The notes under the pieces: generated by a model
The model's input: the letters and a program-made list of their open reading frames with translations, nothing else
Databases searched by the model: none
What the model was told of the DNA's origin: nothing
Translations under genes and position numbers: made by a program
Shown here: positions 46,747 through 55,529 of the stretch, piece by piece
Numbering within the stretch: the first letter of the stretch is position 1
Layout: each line of letters opens with the position of its first letter
From: a virus
Strand: one strand, 5' to 3'
DNA length: 64,000 nucleotides
Virus record (IMG/VR): IMGVR_UViG_3300050016_000116
Coordinates: 35,645-99,644 of that record

Positions 46747-47052
46747 ATGGCTCAGAATCCCGCGTCTCCCCCCTTCGCGTCTCCCTCGGGTCAGCCCAAG
46801 GGGCAGGAGCCGACTTCCAGCGGCGCTCACAACTTCGTCAAGGACCCGACCTCGGGTTCAGGCGCGGGTGGGGGACAGAAGGACATCATGAAGTCCCGTC
46901 CGCAAAGCGAGGCGCGTTCCGAGAACGAGCCGAACCCCCAGGAGATCCCGAAGGGCGGCAAGATCCTCAAGGCGGACCCTTCCCCGCTCCAGAGGAACGA
47001 CTTCGACGCAGTGGGCCCGCAGCCCAAGGCGCCCTTCAAGGGCATGAAGTAA
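46747..47052 (+). CDS. Small disordered protein ending APFKGMK
   Basis: AAGGAG RBS. Confidence 0.65.
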   Translation: MAQNPASPPFASPSGQPKGQEPTSSGAHNFVKDPTSGSGAGGGQKDIMKSRPQSEARSENEPNPQEIPKGGKILKADPSPLQRNDFDAVGPQPKAPFKGMK

Positions 47053-47059
47053 ACAGCCG

Positions 47060-47479
47060 ATGAGCCTCGCAGCGCAGCTCACCGCAGCTCTCGTGACCGG
47101 GCCTCAACAGGTCACGGACAACCCGTTTCCGAGCGGAGCCTGCACGATCAACTTCGGGCTCAACCCCCCGCAGAAGCAGTACGTGGTCACGACGGGTGAC
47201 CAAGTCGTCACGGTCGCTGCGCCAACACCGAACGTCTACCAGGCGATCGATTGCATTGGGACGGGAGGAGCGGTCACGCAAGCGCTCACGCTCTTCCTTC
47301 GGACGCAAGTGCCGATGATGGTCCAGATGACGTTCAACAACCCGAACGGGGGAACCACCGTCATCACGGAGCCCATCAACGGGGTGAAGCTCCAGGAGTA
47401 TCCAGCAAACGGGACGCTCATTGCGCTGGGGGTTCAGGGGGCAGGATCGATCGAGGTCTGGGCAGCAGGGAATCAGTAG
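47060..47479 (+). CDS. Putative head-associated structural protein
   Basis: Beta-rich; head module. Confidence 0.55.
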   Translation: MSLAAQLTAALVTGPQQVTDNPFPSGACTINFGLNPPQKQYVVTTGDQVVTVAAPTPNVYQAIDCIGTGGAVTQALTLFLRTQVPMMVQMTFNNPNGGTTVITEPINGVKLQEYPANGTLIALGVQGAGSIEVWAAGNQ

Positions 47480-47545
47480 GCAGTGGCAAAGGTGGTGGGA
47501 GGCGTGTAGCCTGCCTCTCATCCACCCCACGAGGAGAGACGAGAG

Positions 47546-48259
47546 ATGACGATCAACATCAACAGTGCGGCGTTCAAGGCAGCTCTCGACACGATGAACG
47601 CCAACCAGATGGCGGACATGCTCCGTGCGATGACGTTCGGGCACTTCGTCCGACAGCAGCGCGCCCAGCTCTACGCGGCGGTTCCTCTCCTGGCGGGTGT
47701 GAACCCGTACGTTCCTGCGGCATCTCAGACGCTCACTCTCCCGGACGACGCGAAGGCAACAACCATGGCGCGCGTCTACGCGCGGGTCGGCACTGCGGCT
47801 TGTGGACCTGTCATCGTCGACAATCCGGACTCGTTCGTGGCAACGACTCCGGCAGCCGGTCACTGCACCATCGCGGCAACTGGAGATCTCATCTTCAACG
47901 CGGCGGATGCGTGGACGTCGATCGACGTCCTCTATCACCCGGCGATCTACGACGTCATCGAGGTCACGATGCCTGTCGTCGGCAACGCAATCGCATGGCC
48001 CCCTTCGGGTGTCGCTGCGGCGCAGGAAGCGCTCTTCCTGATGGAGGCAGAGGGGGTGCTGCCGGCCAACGGTCACAAGCTCATCATCGACGCGCCCGCA
48101 GCAGCGCAGGTGACAGCGAACCACGCCTGTCTCAACCTGGCGAAGTCGTCCGTGCTCCTCACGGCGGGTGACGCGTGGACCAGCGTGCGCCTCAAGATGG
48201 CGGTGGCGCCGTTCCTCGACATCAACGCGCTCCTGGAAACCACGTCCAACTTCTTCTGA
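47546..48259 (+). CDS. Putative head decoration/structural protein
   Basis: GAGGAG RBS; internal duplication (..DAWTSID / ..DAWTSVR); followed by a terminator. Confidence 0.6.
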   Translation: MTININSAAFKAALDTMNANQMADMLRAMTFGHFVRQQRAQLYAAVPLLAGVNPYVPAASQTLTLPDDAKATTMARVYARVGTAACGPVIVDNPDSFVATTPAAGHCTIAATGDLIFNAADAWTSIDVLYHPAIYDVIEVTMPVVGNAIAWPPSGVAAAQEALFLMEAEGVLPANGHKLIIDAPAAAQVTANHACLNLAKSSVLLTAGDAWTSVRLKMAVAPFLDINALLETTSNFF

Positions 48260-48284
48260 GCGAGGTCTCGTCACCGACGTAGTG

Positions 48285-48316
48285 AAGGGGAGTGAGCGAA
48301 CCTCACTCCCCTTTTT
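48285..48316 (+). terminator. Rho-independent terminator
   Basis: GGGGAGTGAG-CGAAC-CTCACTCCCC followed by TTTTT. Confidence 0.85.
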
Positions 48317-48352
48317 CATTGAACCCACAAGCAGGAGGCGCAAGAGAACCCC

Positions 48353-49204
48353 ATGACAACGAAGAACGAAGAGATCGAGAAGCCGGAAGGTGGAACCCCC
48401 GCTCCCGAGGTGAAGACGCCTCCCGAGAAGATCGAGGCGAAGACACCTCCTGCTGCTGCCAAGGTGGAGCCGGGCAAGGTCGAGCCGAAGACCGAGGGTG
48501 GGAAGAAGCCCACGCGCGTCACGAACGATGACGACGAGATCCCGGATGACGCGGAGCTTGTCGAGTTGTCCCCGCGGGCGCTCAAGAGCCGCATCTCACG
48601 CGCGACCTCGAAGGAGCTGAAGGAGCGCTTCGGCACGGACAAGCCGGAGGAGATCCAAGCGAAGCTCGCGAAGTGGGCGGACCTGGAGACGAAGGAGGAG
48701 GAGCGCAAGCGTGCTGCCCTCACCGAGAAGGAGCGCCTGGAGGCAGATCTCAAGTCTGCCAATGAGCGTGCGACGCAGGCAGAGCGTCAGGCGCACATGG
48801 TCGCGGAAGATCGCGTGGTCGAGCGCCAGGATTCGCGCATCGGCAAGTTGGTCGGCAAGTTCCTCGACATCGAGGATGAGGACGCGCGGGACATCATCCT
48901 GCGCAAGCTCGCGAAGTACCTCAACGCGGAGTACACAGCGGAGGAGCTGAAGACGCTGAAGGACTCCAAGATCGAGAAGTGGGCGGAGGAGTACGGCAAG
49001 CTGCACCCGAAGCACGCGAAGGACGCAGCACCACCCCCCGAGAAGAAGCCGCTCACGAACACGGGGGATACGCGCAACTCCCCTCCTCCCGCGGGCAAGA
49101 GCGGCACGGAGCCGGGAGGGAAGAACTTCTCCCCTTCGGCACCAGGCGCGATGACGCCTCGGGAAGCGCGTGTGGAGGCAGCCAAGAGCGGGCTGCGCTG
49201 GTAA
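48353..49204 (+). CDS. Capsid scaffolding protein
   Basis: Charged, Pro-rich N-terminus, coiled coil (LTEKERLE), upstream of the MCP. Confidence 0.75.
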   Translation: MTTKNEEIEKPEGGTPAPEVKTPPEKIEAKTPPAAAKVEPGKVEPKTEGGKKPTRVTNDDDEIPDDAELVELSPRALKSRISRATSKELKERFGTDKPEEIQAKLAKWADLETKEEERKRAALTEKERLEADLKSANERATQAERQAHMVAEDRVVERQDSRIGKLVGKFLDIEDEDARDIILRKLAKYLNAEYTAEELKTLKDSKIEKWAEEYGKLHPKHAKDAAPPPEKKPLTNTGDTRNSPPPAGKSGTEPGGKNFSPSAPGAMTPREARVEAAKSGLRW

Positions 49205-49402
49205 TGGAGAAGGGGATGCTGGTCACCTGGACCACGAAGACAGGGGCGAAGGGCAACGGGAGGGTGCTCACCAACACGGAAGATGGGCACGTGATGGTTG
49301 CGGTGGATTCGGATGGTGAGCTTCATCCGGTCATCTACTGCGCCGTCACCTGGCTCAAGGAAGTCCCCAAGAAGGTCTGAGACCCCGAGTTCAGAGGGGG
49401 GC

Positions 49403-49431
49403 TTGCATGGCAGACCCCAGCCGCGTAGGCT
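49403..49431 (+). promoter_or_regulatory. Putative promoter for the major capsid gene with a leader of about 165 nt
   Basis: TTGCAT-N17-TAGGCT. Confidence 0.55.
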
Positions 49432-49601
49432 CCTCTCTGACGACGGTGTAGAGCTACTTCTCTCCCACACGTGGGCACGCCCAACGGTCAATCGGGTGGA
49501 ACGGGAGCCGGAGGCAGCGCGAAACCTGAGTAACACGACTCAGAGGACCGGAGCCGCAATGGCGCAGGCACCGGCAGTTCGCACTTCCTAGCGAGGTTTC
49601 C

Positions 49602-50996
49602 ATGGCAGGTATCGTTCTCGGCATTCCCGCGGCGGTTCAGTCGCTCCAGCAGCAGGGTCTCTTGGAGAGGGCGTTCCACGATGGGCTCTTCCCCAATCTC
49701 GCGTTCCGCGCAGAAGCGATGCCCGAGGAGTGGCCCGCGAACACCGGGCAGCAGATCTTCATGACGCGTCCCGGCTTGCTGCCGACGACCACGACTCCCC
49801 TCCAGCCGGGGACGGACCCGCTCCCGCAGGCCATTCCGTTCGAGCAGTGGATCGCGACGCTCAACCAGTTCGCGAACACCATCGACACCCACATGCCGAC
49901 GAGTACGACGGCGAATGCGAACCTGTTCCTTCGCAATCTCCACCAGCTCGGTCTCCAGGCGGGTCAGTCGATCAACCAGATCGCCCGCAACGCGCTCTTC
50001 GTCGCCTACCTCTCGGGGCAGACGGTCAGCACGACGGCGATCGGAGCGGGCGACACCCAGGTGCAGGTCGCTGCACTCAACGGCTTCACGGATGTCGTCA
50101 TCCCTGGTGGCAACGTCGCTCCCCAGCCGGTCAGCACCGCGTTCCCGCTCCCCATCGTCATCGGTGCGGGCGGCAGCGCGGTCAAGGCGAGCGTCATCGG
50201 GTTCGTCGCGAACAACCAGTCGGATCCGAACGGACCCGGCACCCTCACGCTCGCAGCGGCAGTCGGCGCAGCGTTCGTGATCCGTTCGTCCGTCGTGTCT
50301 GCGTTCGCGCCCACCGTCATCCGTACGGCACCGGGCAACAGCGTCGATGCGCTCGGTGCGTCCGACAGCATCACGCTCCAGAGCTTCATCAACGCGGTCG
50401 CGTTGCTGCGGCTCGCGAACGTCCAGCCGCACGATGACGGCTTCTACCATGCGCACATCTCCCCGCTCGCCAACGCGCAGCTCTTCGCAGACCCCGTGTT
50501 CCAGCGGCTCAACCAGAGCCTCCCGGAGCACGTGATCTACAAGGAGGGGTTCATTGGGTACATGAGCGGGATCATGTTCTTCATGAACAACGAGTCCCCC
50601 GCGACGTTCAACAGCGGAGTGCTCACCTCCACGGCTTCCTCGGGCATCTACGCGCAGGGCATCGGTGCGGAGGTCGTCAACGGAGCCGGCGTGAACGTCG
50701 GGCGCGCGATCGTCACCGGCAAGGGTGCGATCTACGAGAAGTATCTGGACGAGAGCCAGTACGTCACCGAGGCGGGGATCGTCGGCAAGATCGGCGAGTT
50801 CGACGTCATCAACAACGGGCTCAACATCCTGACGGAGCGCATCCGGCTGGTCCTCCGGGCGCCGCTGGACCGTCTCCAGCAGGTCGTGTCGGCCACGTGG
50901 AGCATCTCCACGTCCTTCCCCATCCCGAGCGACATCACGGCTCCCTCGGGCACGCAGCGCTACAAGCGCAGCATCGTGATCGAATATGCCACGTAG
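49602..50996 (+). CDS. Major capsid protein
   Basis: Follows the scaffold gene; strongly biased codons; LGLQAGQSINQIARNAL, YHAHISP...QL..DP, GFIG...GI.F, PLDRLQQ. Confidence 0.85.
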   Translation: MAGIVLGIPAAVQSLQQQGLLERAFHDGLFPNLAFRAEAMPEEWPANTGQQIFMTRPGLLPTTTTPLQPGTDPLPQAIPFEQWIATLNQFANTIDTHMPTSTTANANLFLRNLHQLGLQAGQSINQIARNALFVAYLSGQTVSTTAIGAGDTQVQVAALNGFTDVVIPGGNVAPQPVSTAFPLPIVIGAGGSAVKASVIGFVANNQSDPNGPGTLTLAAAVGAAFVIRSSVVSAFAPTVIRTAPGNSVDALGASDSITLQSFINAVALLRLANVQPHDDGFYHAHISPLANAQLFADPVFQRLNQSLPEHVIYKEGFIGYMSGIMFFMNNESPATFNSGVLTSTASSGIYAQGIGAEVVNGAGVNVGRAIVTGKGAIYEKYLDESQYVTEAGIVGKIGEFDVINNGLNILTERIRLVLRAPLDRLQQVVSATWSISTSFPIPSDITAPSGTQRYKRSIVIEYAT

Positions 50997-51033
50997 ACTT
51001 GACTTTTAGACCTTTACCAACGAAAGTTGGTGG

Positions 51034-51849
51034 ATGTCAAAGAGTCAGGTTTGGTCGGCTGACGGTTCTCTGAAGAAGTGCTCTGCGCCTCACTGCGCAG
51101 AGCCGATGAAGCCCCCTGGCGACTTCCACCGAAGGAAGCTCAAGTCAGGGGGCTTCACTCTTTCGTCCTGGTGCAAGGTCTGCGCTCGCGCAAAGGCGCT
51201 GGAGTGTGCGAACCGACGCTACCGAGAGGATCCCGAGTGGAGGGCTCAGAAGCTTGTGCGGGAAAGCGAAGAGGGGGCGAAGAAGCGCGCAGCGTATCGG
51301 TTGGAGTATCCGTTCCTGACTCCAGAGGAACGTAAAGAGCACAATCGAATCGCAGGCAGGAAGCATTCAAAGACTCCAGCAGCTCAGGAACGAAACCGAG
51401 TACACGCGAGGAATTATCGCGCTCTCAAGAAGATGCAGGCAGAGGGGGTTCCGATCACGAAGGAGGGTTGGAAGGAGATTCTGGAGAAGTACGATCACCG
51501 ATGTGCATATTGCAAACTTCAGACTGACTTTCTGGAGTTGGACCACATCACTCCCCTATCGCGGGGTGGTGCTCACTCGATCAAGAACGTTGCTCCAGCA
51601 TGTCGAGCTTGCAACACGAGCAAGAACAACAAGACGTTGGATGAGTGGACTCCGCCAACAGAACCTCAGAAGGACATCTGGTCAAAGGGTAAGCGAGGTC
51701 CTTGGAAACTAAGTGACGAACGAGTGATCGAGCTTCGTCATCGGCGCGAGAATGGAGAACAGGTAAGAGCGCTCGCCAGAGAGTTTGGAGTTCATGAACA
51801 AACAGTCAGTGACATCACACGTGGGAGGAAGCGTGTCCTGGTTCCCTGA
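51034..51849 (+). CDS. HNH endonuclease with an N-terminal Zn finger and a C-terminal HTH
   Basis: CAYC...LDHITPLSRGG.H...N...ACRACNTSK; LAREFGVHEQTVSDI; own promoter TTGACT-N17-GAAAGT-N6-ATG. Confidence 0.88.
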   Translation: MSKSQVWSADGSLKKCSAPHCAEPMKPPGDFHRRKLKSGGFTLSSWCKVCARAKALECANRRYREDPEWRAQKLVRESEEGAKKRAAYRLEYPFLTPEERKEHNRIAGRKHSKTPAAQERNRVHARNYRALKKMQAEGVPITKEGWKEILEKYDHRCAYCKLQTDFLELDHITPLSRGGAHSIKNVAPACRACNTSKNNKTLDEWTPPTEPQKDIWSKGKRGPWKLSDERVIELRHRRENGEQVRALAREFGVHEQTVSDITRGRKRVLVP

Positions 51850-51881
51850 TGTGTTAGCTTTCGGGGTGGAGGCAACCCACC

Positions 51882-52277
51882 ATGGCCAGGAACGTAGTGA
51901 AGCGGGACGGAAGCAACACCTCAGACGACGTCGTGAAGAGCCCACCCACCGGGGGAGCGAAGCTCGCAGACGGCACCAACGTCGCGCAGCCGGCGCTTCT
52001 CGGGGGAACGTCGGGGATGCTGGACGATCCGAACATCCCCACGACTAAGATCGGTCTCGACATCACTCCCGCTCACGTCACCGACGAGACCGGGAAGGAA
52101 GCACCTCCGGTTCCGCGGCGGTTCCAAGTGACCGGAGGTCCCGATCACGTCATGTACGCGGGGCTCAAGACGAGGATGATCCCGGGGAAGATCTACAACG
52201 AGGGAACGGTCGACTTCGACTTGCTCCGGAAGCAGGGAGTGAAGATCGAGGAGATCACCGACCCTCCCCCCGTCTGA
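51882..52277 (+). CDS. Hypothetical head-module protein
   Basis: GGAGG RBS. Confidence 0.6.
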   Translation: MARNVVKRDGSNTSDDVVKSPPTGGAKLADGTNVAQPALLGGTSGMLDDPNIPTTKIGLDITPAHVTDETGKEAPPVPRRFQVTGGPDHVMYAGLKTRMIPGKIYNEGTVDFDLLRKQGVKIEEITDPPPV

Positions 52278-52317
52278 TTCGAAAAGCGCTTTTCGAATCC
52301 ACATCAAGAGGTGAGCG

Positions 52318-52731
52318 ATGATCTCTGAAGCGGACAGGGCAAGAGCCCGCGGGCACATGGGGTACCTGCAAGTGCAGGAAGCCTCAACCTTCGTGCTCGG
52401 AGTGCCTGCGGCCACGCAGACGCAGTTCGTCATCGAGGGAGCGTTCACGAAGGTTCTCCCGTCCGCAGAGGCACGGTTCCGCCGACTTCTCGACCTCATG
52501 GATCGTGTGGAAGACCAGATCGAGGACAACACGGAGAACGTGGCTGTCGACAGGGTGGACGAGATCGAGCTGCGGAAGGACGAACTCACCCAGCTCATCA
52601 AGCGCTACAAGTATTGGCAGGGGAGCCTTTCGAACCTTCTCGGGGTTCCCCCCAACCCGTTCGACGCTCGGGTTGGACTCGGAGCCGGTTACAATGGCGG
52701 AGGGAGTGGAGTCAACGTACCCGTGCTTTAG
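52318..52731 (+). CDS. Putative head-tail adaptor
   Basis: Position after the MCP; helical; R.R.HMGY...L.NLLGVP. Confidence 0.6.
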   Translation: MISEADRARARGHMGYLQVQEASTFVLGVPAATQTQFVIEGAFTKVLPSAEARFRRLLDLMDRVEDQIEDNTENVAVDRVDEIELRKDELTQLIKRYKYWQGSLSNLLGVPPNPFDARVGLGAGYNGGGSGVNVPVL

Positions 52732-53287
52732 GGCGGTGATGCCTGGAGCAGTTGACGTGTCCGAAGTGACATCGCGGAGAGGGGTCCTTGTTTAGAGCTT
52801 GCTCTGACGAGGTAGCCCATCGACAGTTTCCCGGTTCGTAGTTCCCGTTTCGATCTGGGAAGCGATCGAGAGAATAGAGATGGCGTCCGCCTGGACTCAA
52901 TCCCGGAGGATGAGGCCCCATGTCTGAGAGGAAGTTCTGGAACGTCTTCCAACGTTCGCAGACAGCGATTCCTCTCCCTCCGTAGCGATGCCAGTTCTGA
53001 TTGTTCGAGTTCGTGCATCGTTCGATCATCCCCATCCAAGCTCGATACTCTGGAGTTCGATGTCCAGGGCTCCCGTGTCCATGAATTGGGGTCATCCCTT
53101 TTGCACGACGACATCCGCAGGAGACAGTTCCTCCCACTCGGAGATTCGATCGATCAACGGTTGTGAGGGTTCCGCAGTCGCAGCGGCAAACCCATCGTGC
53201 AGACTTCGCTTTCCCTATCGGAGCTTTCTCGATGACGACGAGGTCTCCGAATCGTTGCCCGGTCATGTCGACTGCCTTCATTCCCAT
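52712..53287 (-). CDS. HNH-type homing endonuclease (antisense insertion)
   Basis: GQRFGDLVV, WVCRCDCG, SCGC, YGGRGIAVCERW, SLDR...GNYEPGNCRWAT; CATAAT-N6-ATG. Confidence 0.85.
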   Translation of the reverse strand: MGMKAVDMTGQRFGDLVVIEKAPIGKAKSARWVCRCDCGTLTTVDRSNLRVGGTVSCGCRRAKGMTPIHGHGSPGHRTPEYRAWMGMIERCTNSNNQNWHRYGGRGIAVCERWKTFQNFLSDMGPHPPGLSPGGRHLYSLDRFPDRNGNYEPGNCRWATSSEQALNKDPSPRCHFGHVNCSRHHRPKARVR

Positions 53288-53360
53288 TACCAGATTATGC
53301 CTTGAGTCGAATGGGTTGAGGGTGGTAATGATGAATTCTCCCCTCCGAAAGGACTCTCCC

Positions 53361-53744
53361 ATGAAGCTCTATCGTCGTCTTGTCGTTGTGCTCGGACTCA
53401 CTGGTGCGGTCGTCTTCGGAACGGGGGCGAACTGCACTCCCCAGCAAGCCACGACCGTCACCAACGCGGTCTTCACCGACCTTCAAGCTGCGTGCATGGC
53501 AGTAGACCTCGCCACCGTCGTCATCCCGCAGACCCCTTCGGACGCTCAGCTCACTGCCGTGGTCGATCAAGTCCAGAAGGACTGCTCCATCGCGCAGCAG
53601 CTCCTCCCGAGTGTCCAGAACGCGGTGAACGCCTTCATCAAGAACGTCGGCGTGAAGCGCGGCAAGTGCGCGATGGTGAACGGGCGCTACGTGGGAGTCA
53701 CCGTTCCCACCGCGTTCGAGGCATCTCCTCCTCCGCCCTGGTAG
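53361..53744 (+). CDS. Putative lipoprotein
   Basis: MKLYRRLVVVLGLTGAVVFGTGANC signal peptide. Confidence 0.65.
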   Translation: MKLYRRLVVVLGLTGAVVFGTGANCTPQQATTVTNAVFTDLQAACMAVDLATVVIPQTPSDAQLTAVVDQVQKDCSIAQQLLPSVQNAVNAFIKNVGVKRGKCAMVNGRYVGVTVPTAFEASPPPPW

Positions 53745-53753
53745 ACTCTCCAG

Positions 53754-54335
53754 GTGGCCAGAATCCGTCCACTCTCTCCTGAGCAGGCCAAGAGGACCCT
53801 AGCCAACAAGCTGGGTCCTCTCGGGGACCGCATTCGTCAGCTCGCAACGAACTTCGGGGTGCGTCCCTACCGTTGCTATCTCACGTGGACGAAGTGGACA
53901 GGACTGGAGCGGGGAGAAGGAACGGAGAACCTCTACAGGCGCATCGAGATCCTTCCTACCCCCCGTGTCACCTCCCTCGATTCCCTTTCCTTCTCGCTCG
54001 CCCACGCGGGCGTCATCCCCGCTGGATCCTTCCGACTTGACCGCATCTCAGTTGCGACGTTCACGGAGGACATTCTCTTGGGCAGAGCGTTCCCGGACAA
54101 CCCGCTACCGTTCGGAGAGTCCCCCCAGGAGAAGCACATCCCGGAGCCCTTCGAGTTCTTCTACGAGATCCAAGAGGATGGGCGCGGGGACAACCCGGCG
54201 AAACGTTCGAGGTTCCGCCCGATGAATCGCCCCATGCGCCGCGCTGGCAAGCTCGATTGGACCCTCATGCTCGAACGAGTCTCCATCGATCGCACGCGAC
54301 TGGACCAGAGTGCGATTGGAACAGGGTTGGAGTGA
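53754..54335 (+). CDS. Putative neck/head-closure protein
   Basis: Position; TAGACT-N6-GTG. Confidence 0.55.
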   Translation: MARIRPLSPEQAKRTLANKLGPLGDRIRQLATNFGVRPYRCYLTWTKWTGLERGEGTENLYRRIEILPTPRVTSLDSLSFSLAHAGVIPAGSFRLDRISVATFTEDILLGRAFPDNPLPFGESPQEKHIPEPFEFFYEIQEDGRGDNPAKRSRFRPMNRPMRRAGKLDWTLMLERVSIDRTRLDQSAIGTGLE

Positions 54336-54580
54336 TGTGGTTCCTCTTGCTCCTCCTCTTCGCGGGATGTCGCTGGGTCGACCGTGTGGATCCTCCAGTC
54401 GTGCAGAAGATGACTCCCGACTGCACGGGACTCGGAGAAGAGAAGTGCGCGGTGGGAGTGTGTTGTGACGCCTGGCACGACTCGCGTTGTAATCCTTGGT
54501 CGGGGCGGTGCGAGTACCAGCCACCTGTCGATGACTATACATGCTGCGGGGGCCGCTTGAAGGACGGTGGCAGCGAGTAG
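54335..54580 (+). CDS. Small Cys-rich lipoprotein
   Basis: MWFLLLLLFAGC lipobox; eight further Cys. Confidence 0.65.
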   Translation: MWFLLLLLFAGCRWVDRVDPPVVQKMTPDCTGLGEEKCAVGVCCDAWHDSRCNPWSGRCEYQPPVDDYTCCGGRLKDGGSE

Positions 54581-54595
54581 TGGTAGCTTCGAGGG

Positions 54596-55459
54596 GTGCC
54601 TGACTTCCCCTCCGATGTGCGTCCTCTGGTTCAGGGCATTCCGTGGGGTGAGACCTTCCCCCCGAAGCCGAACCCTCCGGTTCCATCTCTCGATGGGCGG
54701 ACAGCGGCGCTCTACGTTCTGCGGGACTACATCACGGCGCTGACGTTCCGGCGCTACGCGGGTCCAAGCGCTCCTCCCATCGCGTTCAAGATCTCACCCG
54801 CGAACTTCCACGTGGAGTGGCCGGATTCGAACCAAGACGAGGTCACACCGTCGATCTCCGTTACGGATGACCGAGCGGACTACGACGTCATCGGACTCGT
54901 TTCGTACATCGAGGAAGACACGATCAACCTCTACGCCCCGGGAACCGTGCTCCAGTGGCAAGCGGAGTACGTGGAGACCATCAACCTGGAGATCCACACG
55001 AGCAAGAAGGCAGAACGTCGGGCGATCTGCGCCGGTATGGAGATCGCGTTCTCTCCGACCGAGCAGATGAGCGGGGTGCGGTTCCAGATGCCGCTCTACT
55101 TCGATGAGCTTGTCTGCTTCACGCTCATGCGCCGCGAGAACATGGACACGGAGGACAGCGCGCGGAACCGGCGTGTGGCGCAGATTGAGCTCCAGATGCG
55201 TTTCAACATCGTGCAGCTCGTGAACGTCGCGGACATGCAGCCCTCGGTGGTGGTGAACACGGACGTGGACCAAGTCTCCAACCAGCCAATCGACCTCACG
55301 CAGGATCCGCGAGCCGTCCTCGGGTCAGACTTGCGAGCGCTCCGGTCGTACCTCAACGCGACGTCAGCAAGCCGTCCTACACGCCTCTTCACTCCCCAGG
55401 TGTCGTCCTACACGGGAGGTCCTACCAAAGGGCTCACTTTCGGTCCTGAGCGGGAGTAG
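54596..55459 (+). CDS. Putative tail terminator/completion protein
   Basis: Directly upstream of the sheath; PSISV...LEIHT...ERRAI. Confidence 0.55.
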   Translation: MPDFPSDVRPLVQGIPWGETFPPKPNPPVPSLDGRTAALYVLRDYITALTFRRYAGPSAPPIAFKISPANFHVEWPDSNQDEVTPSISVTDDRADYDVIGLVSYIEEDTINLYAPGTVLQWQAEYVETINLEIHTSKKAERRAICAGMEIAFSPTEQMSGVRFQMPLYFDELVCFTLMRRENMDTEDSARNRRVAQIELQMRFNIVQLVNVADMQPSVVVNTDVDQVSNQPIDLTQDPRAVLGSDLRALRSYLNATSASRPTRLFTPQVSSYTGGPTKGLTFGPERE

Positions 55460-55529
55460 TGGCAAAGGGAGCGTCTTTCGTAGATACTCCACTCGTCCTC
55501 GGATGAATCTCCCAAAGGAGTGAGCGAAG

